64,000 nt of DNA from Candidatus Marinacidobacterales bacterium (GCA_965237685.1 CBDEGF010000004.1:264541-328540), one strand, 5' to 3'. Shown: positions 37,191 through 47,736, numbered from the stretch's first letter. Program-made: numbers and translations. The notes: a model not told the origin generated them from the sequence alone.

Positions 37191-38246
37191 TTAGCGCTCC
37201 AGCTCTTCGTCTATCACGGCGCGAAACGCCTCGAACGGCTGCGCTCCGGAGAGAAAGCGGCCGTTGATGAAGAAAACAGGCGTCGCGTTGAGGCCGAGCT
37301 CCTCGGCGTTCTGGTAGTCCTCCTGAACCGCCTCACGAAAGGTCCCTGAGCTCAGGCAACTCTTGAAGAGGTCGACGTCCAGCGCGAGCTCCACCGCGAA
37401 ACGCTCGAGGTTGTCCGGCGTCAGCGCACGCTGGTTCTCGAAGATCTTGTCGTGGTACTCCCAGAACCTTCCTTGAGCATGAGCGCACTGGGCAGCCTCG
37501 GCGGCGGGAAACGCCTGTGGATGATTGGGGAGCGGGAAGTCTCGATAGACGATGCGGACCTTGTCGCGATACGTCTCTCTGACCTGCCGGAGGGTCGGAC
37601 CGACCCTCGCGCAGTACGGTCATTGAAAATCCGAATACTCGACGATCGTGACGTCGGCATCCGGAGGTCCTTTCGTGGGCTCGTTGCTCGCGACCGTGAT
37701 CGGCATACGTGGCGGGTCGAGAGAAATGTCCACGTCGGAGTTCTCGCGAAGCTCTTCCAGAAAAGCTTGTCGGACCGTGTTCGTTTGCTGGGCCTCCAGC
37801 AACTGCCGTATCTGAGGACCGATCCGCTCGAGGGGCTGGCCTCCGACGCGCGCCTTGTTGATATTGAAGAAATCCTCGACGTCGGCGTCCGTGACCGGCT
37901 TGACTTTGCTTGTGATCTCCTGGACCAGGAGCTCATCCTTCGTGACGCCACGCGCAGCCGCCTCCTGATTCAGAAGAACGTCGGCAACGAGCTTCTCGAG
38001 AGCCTGACGTCGCGCGTTGTAGAGCTCCTGATAGGCGGTCATGTTGGCAGTCAGCGCTTTTTCGTCCACCTGCTCGAGGGTGATGGACTCGCCATCGACC
38101 TGGGCGACGACGTTCTCGCTCGAATCCGAACGCGTCTGCTCCGCGCTAGCCGAGGGCGGGCGATCGCTGCAGGCCAGCACGGCAAAGAGCGAGGCGGTGA
38201 GCACGACAGTGTCCCGCCAGGCAAGCTCGTTGAGCATTGATTTCAT
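37191..38246 (-). CDS. Periplasmic SurA_N-like + DsbA-like thiol:disulfide oxidoreductase with in-frame TGA at the first Cys of CxxC (UPYC): candidate selenoprotein (alternatively a nonsense pseudogene)
   Basis: N-terminal signal anchor [26 protein letters not shown]. The thioredoxin domain reads ...[74 protein letters not shown]...[20 protein letters not shown] is at 37620-37622 (complement). The downstream 143 codons are intact and conserved. Confidence 0.6.
37584..37614 (-). promoter_or_regulatory. bSECIS-like mRNA stem-loop downstream of the UGA
   Basis: mRNA: UGA CCGUA CUGC GC GAGGGUC GGUCC GACCCUC CG GCAG. A 4-bp lower stem, 2x2 internal loop, 7-bp G/C upper stem and 5-nt apical loop GGUCC. 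The upper stem begins 11 nt after the UGA. Confidence 0.45.
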
Positions 38247-38427
38247 CTCCTTGGAATGGACGCTCCAGGTCCCAGCCTAGCACAAGTAAGTCCAGAGCCG
38301 ACACCGACCTCCGGCCATTTGGAGGCTACCACCTGTCTTCGGGCTCGTGTATACTTGGGGCAATTGCCGTTCCCGAAGCCCACGTCGCGTCCCGTACTCG
38401 TGAGCCTCACCGGCTGGAGAGAGAAAA

Positions 38428-38737
38428 TATGAAGATATACGTCGGAAACCTGAACTTTGCTTCCACCGAGGGAGCTCTCCGCGATCTATTCGGCGAGCAC
38501 GGGGAGGTCGAGGATGTCCGCATCGTGACCGATCGCGACACCGGTCGCTCGCGCGGATTCGGCTTCGTCGCCATGCCCGATCACGACAACGCGCAGGCAG
38601 CGATCGAAGCGCTCAACGGAAGAGAGCTCGACGGCCGAACCCTCAAAGTCAACGAGGCTCGCCCCCGCGAAGACCGAGGTGGAGGTGGAGGTGGAGGTGG
38701 AGGTGGAGGCCGAGGACGCGGTCGCGGCCGCTACTGA
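38428..38737 (+). CDS. Glycine-rich RNA-binding protein (RRM domain)
   Basis: [22 protein letters not shown] (RNP2) ... RGFGFVAM (RNP1) ... ([19 protein letters not shown]) tail encoded by a GGTGGA tandem repeat at 38680-38720. Confidence 0.85.
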
Positions 38738-38984
38738 TTCAACCCGCCCTGTCTTTGATGCCTCTCACGACGTCCGGCACTTTCCGCAGCAAGATCACAA
38801 AAAGCAGTTCGCCATCCGTGATGACCTTCGCTCGCTAGTTTTCCTTGATATGAACGTGACATAGCCCGCCGCCTTCTATTCCAAGCGAATTCCGCGACCT
38901 GGTGGATGTGACGGTCCCTGTGTGGCCGAGGTTAGAGGGGCAGGACCAGGCACGAGAGCGTCCCGAGCAGAATCCGCTGCGACA

Positions 38985-39470
38985 TCATTTCCCCTCCGCG
39001 AGCTTTTCCAGAGTCTTTCCCGTCGCACGAAAAATGGTCCACCCGTCCATAGGGGTGGCGCCCAGATTCTTGTAGAAGTCGATGGCCGGCTCGTTCCAGT
39101 CGAGCACCGACCACTCGAGCCTTCCGCAGCCCCGCTCCGTCGCGATCTGCGCCAATCGTCTCAGAAGCGCCCCCCCGATGCCTCTCCCCCTTGCTCGCTC
39201 CCGAACGTAGAGATCTTCCAGGTAGATGCCCTGGCGGGCCAGAAACGTCGAGTAATTGTGGAAGAAGAGAGCGAATCCCTCGGGCTCACCCTCCCACTCG
39301 GCGATGAGCACCTCCGCCCCCCGGCGCTCCCCGAAGAGCGTCCGCCCAAGCTGCTCTTCGGTGGCAATCACTTCGTGGGACAGCCGCTCATACTCTGCGA
39401 GCTCTTTGATCAGACTCAGGATCAACGGGGCGTCCTCGACGCCCGCGACGCGAATGGTAGCCTGGGTCAT
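38985..39470 (-). CDS. GNAT-family N-acetyltransferase
   Basis: IRVAGVEDAPLILSLI...RGRGIGGALLRRLAQIATERGCGRLEWSVLDWNEPAIDFYKNLG contains the Q/RxxGxG/A motif. Confidence 0.8.
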   Translation of the reverse strand: MTQATIRVAGVEDAPLILSLIKELAEYERLSHEVIATEEQLGRTLFGERRGAEVLIAEWEGEPEGFALFFHNYSTFLARQGIYLEDLYVRERARGRGIGGALLRRLAQIATERGCGRLEWSVLDWNEPAIDFYKNLGATPMDGWTIFRATGKTLEKLAEGK

Positions 39471-39511
39471 GGTCCGGACTATACTCTACCGCGGCAGTCG
39501 GGGGAGACTTG

Positions 39512-39810
39512 TCGTGCCCGGCTTTGCGACCATCCGGGAGCTGGAGGCACTGGTGATCACCGGTGTGCCGGCGTTCGGTGCGCTCGAGGCGGGCACACGA
39601 AATCCCGCCCGCTACTTCGGCCTCGACGATTCGTTTGGCACGGTCTCCGTCGGCAAACGCGCCGACTTGTTGCTGGTGGAAGGCAATCCTCTCGATGACG
39701 TCAGCAACGTAAGGAAGCTGGCGGGCGTCATGATTGCGGGGCGCTGGTTGTCCGCGGACGAGATAAGGAGCGGCCTCGAAAAGTTCGCGACGCCGTCGAC
39801 GTCGAACTGA
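39512..39810 (+). pseudogene. C-terminal about 100 aa remnant of an amidohydrolase
   Basis: VPGFATIRELEALVITGVPAFGALEAGTRNPARYFGLDDSFGTVSVGKRADLLLVEGNPLDDVSNV... is the conserved C-terminal stretch of amidohydrolases. No catalytic core is upstream. Confidence 0.5.
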
Positions 39811-39889
39811 GACATCAACGCGAAAGCGCAAGGCGAAACGAGGCAGCAACCCTTCCGGACCGCGGCTCACCGAATCCGTGGAAGAGACG

Positions 39890-40080
39890 AGTCGGCACCA
39901 CAGAGAGCACAGAGACACACAGAGAACGAAACCCGGAGTTCCGCACTCGGACGTTCGCGGAAACCCGGCACGGCAGGAAGCCAGGAGTAAAATCCAACCG
40001 GGCCAATTCCCGTTCCGTTTCCGGGTTTCCCAGCTTCCGGGTTTCCTGCTCTACCGGGTTTCTCGTTAGCGTCCACTAGC
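39890..40080. repeat. Palindromic GGAAACCCGG-type intergenic element (family of 27690-27930 and 52375-52560)
   Basis: Arms are GAAACCCGG...GGAAACCCGGCACGGCAGGAAGCCAGGA and CCGTTTCCGGGTTTCCCAGCTTCCGGGTTTCCTGCTCTACCGGGTTTCTC, around a non-repetitive centre. Confidence 0.7.
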
Positions 40081-40139
40081 GGAATTCCTGGCTTCGACGG
40101 GAAACTGACGCCGGCGCGTTGTGCTACTCTCTGCCGCCT

Positions 40140-41915
40140 ATGGGGACCTTCACACTTGCGGTACTCGCCCTCCTTCCGATCCTGACCGTAGCGCTCTTTC
40201 TGGTCATTCTTCGCTGGCCGGCAAGCCGCGCCATGCCACTGTCGTACCTCGTGGCGTGTCTTCTCGCCCTGTTCGTCTGGCAGGTACCGGGAATTCGTGT
40301 GGTGGCGGCCACGGTGAACGGTCTCGTCGTCGCGGGAACGCTCCTCTACATCATCTTCGGCGCCATTCTGCTCCTGAACACACTGTCCGAGAGCGGTGGG
40401 CTCAGAGCCATCCGACACGGCTTTACGAACATCACCCCCGACCGGCGGATCCAGGTCCTCATCATTGCCTGGCTTTTCGGTTCGTTCATCGAAGGCTCGG
40501 CCGGCTTCGGAACCCCGGCGGCCGTCGCGGTGCCGCTTCTCGTGGGGCTCGGTTTTCCCGCCATGGCGGCGGTCATGGCGGGAATGCTCATCCAGAGCAC
40601 GCCCGTCTCTTTCGGTGCGGCGGGAACGCCGATTCTGGTTGGAGTGAACACCGGCCTCTCCGGAGCGCCGGCGGTCGAGGCTTTCGCAGCGAGCATTGGC
40701 CTCACGGACTGGAACAGCTTTCTGGCAATGATTGGAACGCGGGTCGCTCTCCTCCACGCGATTGCCGGGACGCTGGTTCCATTGATCGTCGTGTCGTTCA
40801 TGACGCGTTTTTTTGGCCCCAACCGCTCGTTCACCGACGGGCTCAAAGTGTGGCGTTTCGCGCTCTTCGCGGCCTTCGCCATGACGGTGCCCTACATCAT
40901 CGTCGCGAACTTCCTCGGACCGGAGTTCCCTGCTCTGCTCGGGGGCCTGATTGGGCTGGCCATCGTGGTCACGGCGGCGAAAAGAGGCTTCCTCATGCCG
41001 CCGCTTGAGGAAGCCTGGGACTTCGCACCTCGCGAAACATGGGATCCGGAGTGGAGCGGCAGCATCGAGGTCGAAGACGTCGCTCACAAGAGCGGGGCGA
41101 TGAGCTCCTGGCTGGCCTGGACGCCCTACGCTTTGGTGGGTTCGTTGCTTGTCGTGACCCGGCTCGATTTCCTCCCATTCAAAGGCTGGCTCAACGCGTG
41201 GACGGTCGCCTGGCCGAACATCTTCGGATCGGACATCACCGCGAGGTTTCAACCGCTCTTCCTTCCCGGCACCGTCTTCATCGCGGTGTCGGTGATTACG
41301 TACTTCGTCCACGGTGTGGAGCCGAGCGCTTACGGTCGTGCCTGGAAGCGGTCGCTCAAGACGATGGCGGCCGCCTCCGTGGCGCTCGTTTTCACCGTCC
41401 CGATGGTTCAGGTCTTCATCAACAGCGGCGGTGGCGCGGCCGGTTTCGAGCAAATGCCCATCGTACTCGCCGACGGGGTTGCAGCCCTTGCCGGGGGAGC
41501 CTGGCCATTCTTCGCCACGTTCATCGGCGGCATGGGAGCCTTCGTCGCCGGGAGCAACACGGTCAGCAACATGATGTTCTCGCTCTTCCAGTTCGGTGTC
41601 GGCGAGCGCATCGGTGTCGATCCCGCGTGGATGGTGGCGCTGCAAGCGGTCGGCGGTGCCGCCGGCAACATGATCTGCGTCCACAACGTCGTCGCCGCCT
41701 CCGCAGTCGTGGGCCTGATCGGAAAGGAAGGCGTGGTCATCCGGATGACCTTCCTCCCCTTCGTCTACTACGCGCTGCTCCCGGGGGCGCTCGGCTACCT
41801 CATCGTCTGGCAGGACGAGAGGGGATGGTTGAACGCGGGAAGCCTCCTCGTGACGGGAATCGCGGTCGGGGTCGTGATCCTAGTCTCACGACAATTGCGA
41901 TCCACACGTTTTTGA
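40140..41915 (+). CDS. L-lactate permease family (LctP) transporter
   Basis: 592 aa, about 13 TM segments. [27 protein letters not shown] and [23 protein letters not shown] are LctP signatures. Start may be 40119. Confidence 0.75.
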   Translation: MGTFTLAVLALLPILTVALFLVILRWPASRAMPLSYLVACLLALFVWQVPGIRVVAATVNGLVVAGTLLYIIFGAILLLNTLSESGGLRAIRHGFTNITPDRRIQVLIIAWLFGSFIEGSAGFGTPAAVAVPLLVGLGFPAMAAVMAGMLIQSTPVSFGAAGTPILVGVNTGLSGAPAVEAFAASIGLTDWNSFLAMIGTRVALLHAIAGTLVPLIVVSFMTRFFGPNRSFTDGLKVWRFALFAAFAMTVPYIIVANFLGPEFPALLGGLIGLAIVVTAAKRGFLMPPLEEAWDFAPRETWDPEWSGSIEVEDVAHKSGAMSSWLAWTPYALVGSLLVVTRLDFLPFKGWLNAWTVAWPNIFGSDITARFQPLFLPGTVFIAVSVITYFVHGVEPSAYGRAWKRSLKTMAAASVALVFTVPMVQVFINSGGGAAGFEQMPIVLADGVAALAGGAWPFFATFIGGMGAFVAGSNTVSNMMFSLFQFGVGERIGVDPAWMVALQAVGGAAGNMICVHNVVAASAVVGLIGKEGVVIRMTFLPFVYYALLPGALGYLIVWQDERGWLNAGSLLVTGIAVGVVILVSRQLRSTRF

Positions 41916-41925
41916 CACACTCCCA

Positions 41926-41942
41926 ACAAGTGCCTGGCACCT
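41926..41942 (+). promoter_or_regulatory. 17-bp palindromic motif ACAAGTGCCTGGCACCT (copy 1; degenerate copy at 41971-41984; further copies 49929-49945 (rc) and 57200-57216)
   Basis: Exact 17-mer found three times, always intergenic and upstream of + strand genes (GGDEF-EAL, M1 peptidase, metH). Core GTGCC-N-GGCAC is a perfect dyad. Confidence 0.6.
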
Positions 41943-42272
41943 TTCCACAGCTTCTCGACAGCCCAGCCAGCAAGTGCCTGGCCCTTACCCACACGATTTG
42001 AACCGCTCAGCGGAGGTTCTCCACAACTTTCCCACCGGGCCAAACACTTGTGCTCACAGGCGTTCCACCGCTTTATCCACAGATTTCGCACATGTTCCAG
42101 GGCGGTGTAAATCCCCTACGATTTATGGGACATTGCCCACGCCTTCCGCTTAGTCTACGCCTAACCAGTTGAAACAATGAGAGTTCCACCAAACCCTCCA
42201 GAGCACCGGGTGGCGTGAATGTTGCACCCCTGTCTTTTGCGGATCCTGCTTCGAGAGGGATCGGATTTGCCT

Positions 42273-44661
42273 ATGGGGAATGTGCTTCGTGGTCTCAAGC
42301 GCTGGCTCGGCCTGTGGACTGCGTCGCTCTCGCGTCAGCTCTGGCTCTGGGCAAGCCCCGCCGCCGGTGTACTGGCCGGCGCTGCCATCTACGGATGGTC
42401 GAATCGTGCGCCGCCGGTTCTGTTCGCGAGCCTCCTGGCGACAGGTATCGGCCTCGCGTTCCTGCTGTTCGCCCTGCGTCGCGGCATGATCGCTCCGCTG
42501 GAAGAGCTTCACGAAGGGGTGGCGGTGCTGCGACGCCACGGCGCAAAGCTGCCGTCTGAGCTGCCACTTCGACGCTCGGATGAGCTCGGACGGCTGGCCC
42601 GTGAGGTGGCGCTCCTGGCCGGGGATCGAAACGTCAGCGAGACTCGCCGTCAACAGGCGGTCGATCGCCTGAAGGCGATCCTCGGTAGTCTGCCCGACGC
42701 GCTGCTTCGGGTCGAACGAAGCGGGATCGTGCTCGACGCCAGCTGGCCCGACGACTTTCCACTGGTGGCAGCGGGATCGGTGGAAGCGGGCCGACCCTTC
42801 GAGGCACTCTTTCCGGCGGTGCTCTCACAAAAACTCGTTGAAGCGCTCGAGACGGTGGACGCCGACAACCCCCAGCGATTCGAGTACGAGACGGTGATTG
42901 ACGGCGAGTCGCGTTGCTTCGACATCCGGGCGTTCGCGAGTGGGGACGCGGAGGCACTCATCATCCTGGAGAACGTCACGCCGCTGAAGCAATCCGCGGC
43001 CACGCAGGACCGGCTCCGTTCCATCCTCGACGCCACCAAGGATCTGGTGGTGACGACCGACCTCGAGGGGACCGTTCATTTCGTGAACTCGGCGGGCAAG
43101 CGGCTCCTCAGGATCCAGGACGACCGGGGCTTCAATCTCCAGAAAGGAGATTTTCTGCCCTCGTGGGCTCGCGACCAGGTCTTTGGCACCGCGGTGCCGG
43201 CGGCTCTCAAAGACGGGCTCTGGGAAGGTGAATCCGCGCTCGTGTCGACGGACGAAATCGAGATTCCGGTCTCATTGATGGTCCTCGCGCACCGCACCGT
43301 TCACGGCAACGTGGACTACCTTTCCTTCGTGGCCCGGGATCTCAGCGAGCGGAAGCGTCTGGACGACGACCTGCGCTACCTCAAGGACTACGACCCGCTG
43401 ACGTCGCTCTACAGTCGCCAGCGTTTCACCGAAGAGCTCGGACGGGAGCTGTCCAAGGCGACACATTTGGGCTCCCGCGGAGCGGTTCTCCTCATCGATC
43501 TCGACGATTTCAAGATCATCAACGACAGCCTGGGGCACGGTGCCGGGGATCAGCTTCTGACCGGCACCGCCGCTGTGATCCGCAACACCATTCGCGCCTC
43601 GGACATGATGTCGCGGCTCGGCGGCGACGAGTTCGCCATCCTGTTTCGCGAGGCGGAAGAAGAGCGACTGCGTCAGGTCTCGGAGCGACTCCTGAACGCG
43701 ATCCGTGAGCATTCGATCAGCATTGGTGACCGCCAGGTCGGCGTGACCGCAAGCGCAGGCATCGCGGTCTTTCCGGACAATGGAAGCACCGCCGAAGAGA
43801 TTCTCGCGCGCGCCGATCAGGCCATGTACCGCGCCAAGGAAAAGGGGCGGGACGGGTACGTCTTCTACGAGCCCGACGAGGGATGGGAGGCGGACGTCCA
43901 GTCACGGCTGTCCGGCGAAAAGAGGATTCGCCAGGCGCTGGCGGAGGATCGTTTTCTCCTCTACGCACAACCCATTCTCGATTCGAAGACCAATCAGATC
44001 AGCCAGTTCGAGATCCTGCTGCGCATGACGGACGAGGAGAACCGGATCCTGCCGCCAGCGGCGTTCCTCAGTACCGCAGAGCGCTTCGGTCTGATCCAGT
44101 CGGTTGACCGGTGGGTCGTAAGGCACGCTATTCTCCTCATGGCAGAGCAGCATCGTGCCGGAAATCCGGTACACCTCTCGGTCAACCTCTCCGGCAAATC
44201 ACTCGCCGACACCGAGCTGCTCTCGATCATCGAGTCGGAGCTCGAGGCGAACGAGGTGCCTCCGTCCACGCTGACGCTCGAGATCACCGAGACGAGCGCG
44301 ATCTCCGACACCAATCGGGCGCAGGCTTTTGCGAACGGCCTGAAGCGAATCGGCTGCCGTCTGGCGCTCGACGACTTCGGGGTGGGCTTCTCGTCGCTCT
44401 ACCACCTCAAGCACCTTCCGGTGGACTTCCTGAAGATCGATGGGAGCTTCATCCGCGAGCTTCCCGACAGCACCGTCGACCAGCACCTCGTCCGGGCCAT
44501 GGGTCGAGGTGGCGCGAGCGCTTGGTAAACGAACGGTGGCCGAGTTCGTCGGGAACGAGGAGACCGTGCGCCTGCTACAGGAGTTCGGCGTCGACTTTCT
44601 TCAGGGCTATCACATTGGCAAGCCAATGGCGGTCGAAGAGACTATCGGGAAGAAGCACTAG
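42273..44661 (+). pseudogene. Membrane-anchored PAS-GGDEF-EAL c-di-GMP signalling protein with a frameshift in a G-run (about 44501-44503) near the EAL C-terminus
   Basis: Two TM helices, PAS region, GGDEF (RLGGDEFAIL), EAL (QPILD...EILLRM...). Frame 1 ends ...QHLVRAMGRGGASAW*. The next frame continues VEVARALGKRTVAEFVGNEETVRLLQEFGVDFLQGYHIGKPM (EAL C-terminal conserved block). Confidence 0.65.
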
Positions 44662-44668
44662 TCTGATC

Positions 44669-44989
44669 TCAGCCCGCTCGCGCTCCATTCGGTAGCGGCC
44701 TTTCCGGAACGGCCAGACACGGCGTCACGCCGTCGGGGTAGCCGATGTCGAAGAGCATTCCCTCGGAAAGCCTGCCCTTCATGCGGCGAGGTTCCAGATT
44801 CACCACGAAAAGAGCCTGCCGTCCGGTGAGAGTTTGTACGTCCTCGCGTTCTTCCTTGAGACCAGCGAGGATGGAGCGTCGCCGGTCGCCGAAATCAACG
44901 AGGAGCTCGACCAGCTTGTCCGCACCCTCGATGTCCCGAACCTCGGCGATGGTTCCCACCCGAATATCGATCTTCTCCAGATCGCTCAT
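44669..44989 (-). CDS. tRNA-binding domain protein (CsaA / Myf-domain, EMAP-like)
   Basis: MSDLEKIDIRVGTIAEVRDIEGADKLVELLVDFGD...RRSILAGLK...GMLFD is the OB-fold tRNA_bind motif. Confidence 0.65.
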   Translation of the reverse strand: MSDLEKIDIRVGTIAEVRDIEGADKLVELLVDFGDRRRSILAGLKEEREDVQTLTGRQALFVVNLEPRRMKGRLSEGMLFDIGYPDGVTPCLAVPERPLPNGARAG

Positions 44990-45174
44990 GGAAATCGTGG
45001 GCTTGATGGGCGAGGATCTAATCAATTCAAACCACTGATAAACAGGATTGGCGCGATGTCGCGCCTCGTCCTGACCGCCGGCGGGAATCGGATCGTGCGC
45101 CAGCGGACAAAAAATAGGGAGGGCAGCGAGTGCCCTCCCATCGACTCGAAAAGAGGTTGGTCGTCGGATCTAGT

Positions 45175-45591
45175 CTAGTAGCGGTGCGAGGCCTGAACGC
45201 GCCCCTTCGTGTTGTAGATCTTGACTTGACCGGAGACCTTCTTGGCCTCCCGCTTCCCGCGCTTCACGGCGACCGTCTTGGTCTTGTGAGAGCTCACGGG
45301 TTTGCGGGCACCTTTTTTCGACACGTCCCAGGTGCCGTCTGCCCCGTTCGACCGAACGTGGAACTCCGCTCCGCCCGTTTTCCGAGCGGTGCTCTTCTTC
45401 GCCTTGCGGGTCGGCTTCCGAGCGGCACGCTTTCGGGTCGATTTTGTTGCCGAGGACTTGCGCGCGGACCTTCGTGCCGTTCCCTTTCGGACCGGCTTTC
45501 TGGCCGTTCGCTTCTTGGCCGTCTTGCGGCTCACAGCCTTGCGAGTCGGCTTGCGCACCGTCCTCTTTTTAGCCGTTCGTTTCTTAGCCAT
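45175..45591 (-). CDS. Histone-H1-like Lys/Arg-rich repeat protein fused to a DUF2188-like C-terminal domain
   Basis: GGAGGTAAGAAG RBS. MAKKRTAKKRTVRKPTRKAVSRKTAKKRTARKPVRKG...; C-terminal HVRSNGADGTWDVSKKGARKPVSSHKTKTVAVKRGKREAKKVSGQVKIYNTKGRV. Confidence 0.55.
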   Translation of the reverse strand: MAKKRTAKKRTVRKPTRKAVSRKTAKKRTARKPVRKGTARRSARKSSATKSTRKRAARKPTRKAKKSTARKTGGAEFHVRSNGADGTWDVSKKGARKPVSSHKTKTVAVKRGKREAKKVSGQVKIYNTKGRVQASHRY

Positions 45592-45827
45592 CTTCTTACC
45601 TCCGAACCACGGGAATCGTTCGGACGCCGCGTCGCGCAAACGACGTGGCTTCTTGACGACTCCAAGCGTGATGGGTTTGTCCGAACCGACCGCTCGGTAC
45701 CTCGCACCGTGCTCGGCACTCGCGGTGGCTCTTCTAGTTGTTGAACGGTATTGTCTTCACCATACCGCCTGATCGGGTGTACGTCAAGCGAAGGACCGCC
45801 AATTTGTGAGGTTGACCGGACAAGGAG

Positions 45828-47243
45828 GTGATGGCTAGAATCCCCGCGCATAAGTCGATGAAGCACGTTCCTTCGTCAGCCACCGTCGGTATCGCCGACA
45901 CTGTCACCGGAATGCGCAGCGACGGGCTCGATGTCGTCGACTTCTCCGCGGGACGTGCTTCCGAGCACACGCCCGACTACATCGTGCAGGCCGCCATCGC
46001 TGCACTCGAACAGGGCGACACACACCAGACGATGGCTCGAGGCAACAACGGAGCTCCGGCGTGCCTGCGCGGCGAAGCTCGCGAGAGAGAACGGGCTCGA
46101 AGCCGACCCGGAGACGGAGATCCTCGTCACGATGGGCGCCAAACAAGGGCTGGCGCTCGCTGTTCTCAGTACGCTCGAGTCCGGCGACGAGGTCCTGGTG
46201 GAGGATCCGGGCTTCGTCAGCTACCAGCCCGCGATCTAGTACGCGGGTGGCGTGGCAGTTCCCATTCCGCTCACGCGGGAGACCGGTTTTCGGTGGTCGG
46301 GTGTAGCACTACAGAACGCGGTAACCGAGCGCACGCGCGCCCTGATCCTCTGCTCGCCGCAGAATCCAACCGGCGCCGTGCACACGGAAGAGGACCTGGA
46401 CGCGATCGCCTCCGTCGCACGGGAGCGCGACCTCCTCGTGTTCGCCGACGAGACGTACGAGCAGATCATCTGGGGTGAGCGCCGCCATCTCTCGATCGCC
46501 ACTCGCGAGGGGATGCGCGAACGGACCGTCAACCTGATGGGGCTCACAAAAAGCTTTTCCATGGGCGGCTGGCGCGTGGGGTTCGCCGTCGCCGCACCGT
46601 CCGTCCTTTCCGCCATGGTCACCGCGCAGCAGCACCTCGTCACCTGCCCCAGCTCGTTCGCCCAGGCGGGAGCGGTCGTCGCCCTGCGCGACGCGCCGCG
46701 TCCCGAGCTCCGTGCCCTCTGGGACGACTGGGAGAAGCGGTGTCGCCGCGTGGTACAGGCTCTCGATGACATCAAAGGCGTATCCTGTGAGATGCCCGAG
46801 GGCGGTTTCTACGCCTGGGCAGCCGTTCGGCCAGTGGCTCCGAAGATTCGCCGAGCTCGCGAACGTCGGTCATCACCCGGGACGGCAAGCCATTCATGAG
46901 CTTCGGTGTCATGGGCGGTGACGTCCAGCCTCAGATGCATGCGGCCATCGTGATGAAGATGGTGGATTTCGGAATGAACCTTCAGGAAGCGGGCGACGCT
47001 CCCCGTTGTATTCACTCCGGCTCATCCCAGCCGACCGGTGAAACCATGACCGACGGAGGCGAGGTTCACGTCGAGTCCGGGATCTCTCGAGACACCGTTC
47101 AGGCGCTCACGCAAAAGGGCCACCGCATCTCAGCGGATGTCGTCGCCTTTGGCGGCTACCAGGCGATCTGCCTCGACCGGGAGACGCAGGTCTATTCCGG
47201 CACGTCGGAGTCGCGAAAGGACGGCCACGCGGCCGGGTATTGA
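45828..47243 (+). pseudogene. Mosaic: aspartate/aromatic-type aminotransferase (a frameshift about 46040, in-frame TAG 46237-46239, a second frameshift near 46830-46870, C-terminus truncated) fused at about 46870 to the C-terminal about 125 aa of a gamma-glutamyltransferase
   Basis: Aminotransferase pieces: TTELRRACAAKLARENGLEADPETEILVTMGAKQGL...FVSYQPAI-TAG-YAGGVAVPIPL...CSPQNPTGAV...LTKSFSMGGWRVGF...GGFYAW. GGT piece: VITRDGKPFMSFGVMGGDVQPQMHAAIVMKMVDFGMNLQEAGDAPRCIHS...AFGGYQAI...SESRKDGHAAGY*. Confidence 0.55.
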
Positions 47244-47262
47244 GCGAGCGAGCCTACACGTA

Positions 47263-47532
47263 ATGTCTCAATGCCGATTCACCTTCGATTTTCCGGGCAG
47301 CGCGGCGGATCTGCTGAGCCGAATCGACAATGCGATCGGAGGGGCGGGTGGATCGTTTCAGAGTCGTAGCAATGCCGGCTCGTTCGCCATCGCCACGCCC
47401 GTCGGCGACTTCCGCGGAGAGCTGACGGTCTCGGGGCAGACTGTCTACGTCGAGGTGAGCGAGAAGCCCTTTCTGGTTTCGTGCCGTATCATCGAGACGA
47501 AGCTGAGGGAATATATCTCGGGCGAAGGATAG
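47263..47532 (+). CDS. Small hypothetical protein (89 aa)
   Basis: MSQCRFTFDFPGSAADLLSRIDNAIGGAGGSFQSRSNAGSFAIATPVGDFRGELTVSGQTVYVEVSEKPFLVSC...; weak resemblance to PHA-granule-associated small proteins, unverified. Confidence 0.3.
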   Translation: MSQCRFTFDFPGSAADLLSRIDNAIGGAGGSFQSRSNAGSFAIATPVGDFRGELTVSGQTVYVEVSEKPFLVSCRIIETKLREYISGEG

Positions 47533-47597
47533 AGCTAGCCTCTAACTCTCCAGAAGTGTGAATTCCGTTCACGTTGCGCGAGTCGCTGATCGGAGCC

Positions 47598-47703
47598 TCG
47601 TTTCGAGCCCGAGCCCGTGCCCCAGCCCGTCTCCTTCGTCAGGAATCGGCACGGACGCTACCCGGCTCATCGGGCTCAGGCTCGGGCTCGTTTACGGGCA
47701 CGG
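47598..47703. repeat. Inverted pair of GGGCTCGGGCTCG / CGGGCACGGG short repeats (family also at 10545-10568, 34849-34883, 53442-53458)
   Basis: CGTTTCGAGCCCGAGCCCGTGCCCC at 47598-47621 and GGGCTCAGGCTCGGGCTCGTTTACGGGCACGGG at 47671-47703. Confidence 0.6.
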
Positions 47704-47736
47704 GACCCGTCGCTTTCAGGTCTACCTGGCTAAAGC

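Noticed and set aside
38680-38720. GGTGGA hexanucleotide tandem repeat as a non-coding satellite
   Set aside because: It lies in frame inside the RRM protein and encodes the Gly-rich / RGG tail typical of this protein family.
41926-41946. Sigma54 (RpoN) promoter reading of the TGGCAC-containing 17-bp motif
   Set aside because: TGGCAC is present, but the required TTGC(A/T) -12 element is not found 4-5 nt downstream in any of the three copies. The dyad symmetry fits a transcription-factor site or REP element better.
46237-46239. Pyrrolysine (TAG) or a stop-codon reassignment to explain the in-frame TAG/TAA codons at 1062, 46237 and 50112
   Set aside because: No pyl genes or PYLIS context are present. 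The three stops are of two kinds (TAA and TAG) and sit in otherwise degraded genes, and no reassigned genetic code is known for this kind of high-GC free-living bacterium. Nonsense mutations or errors are the simpler explanation.
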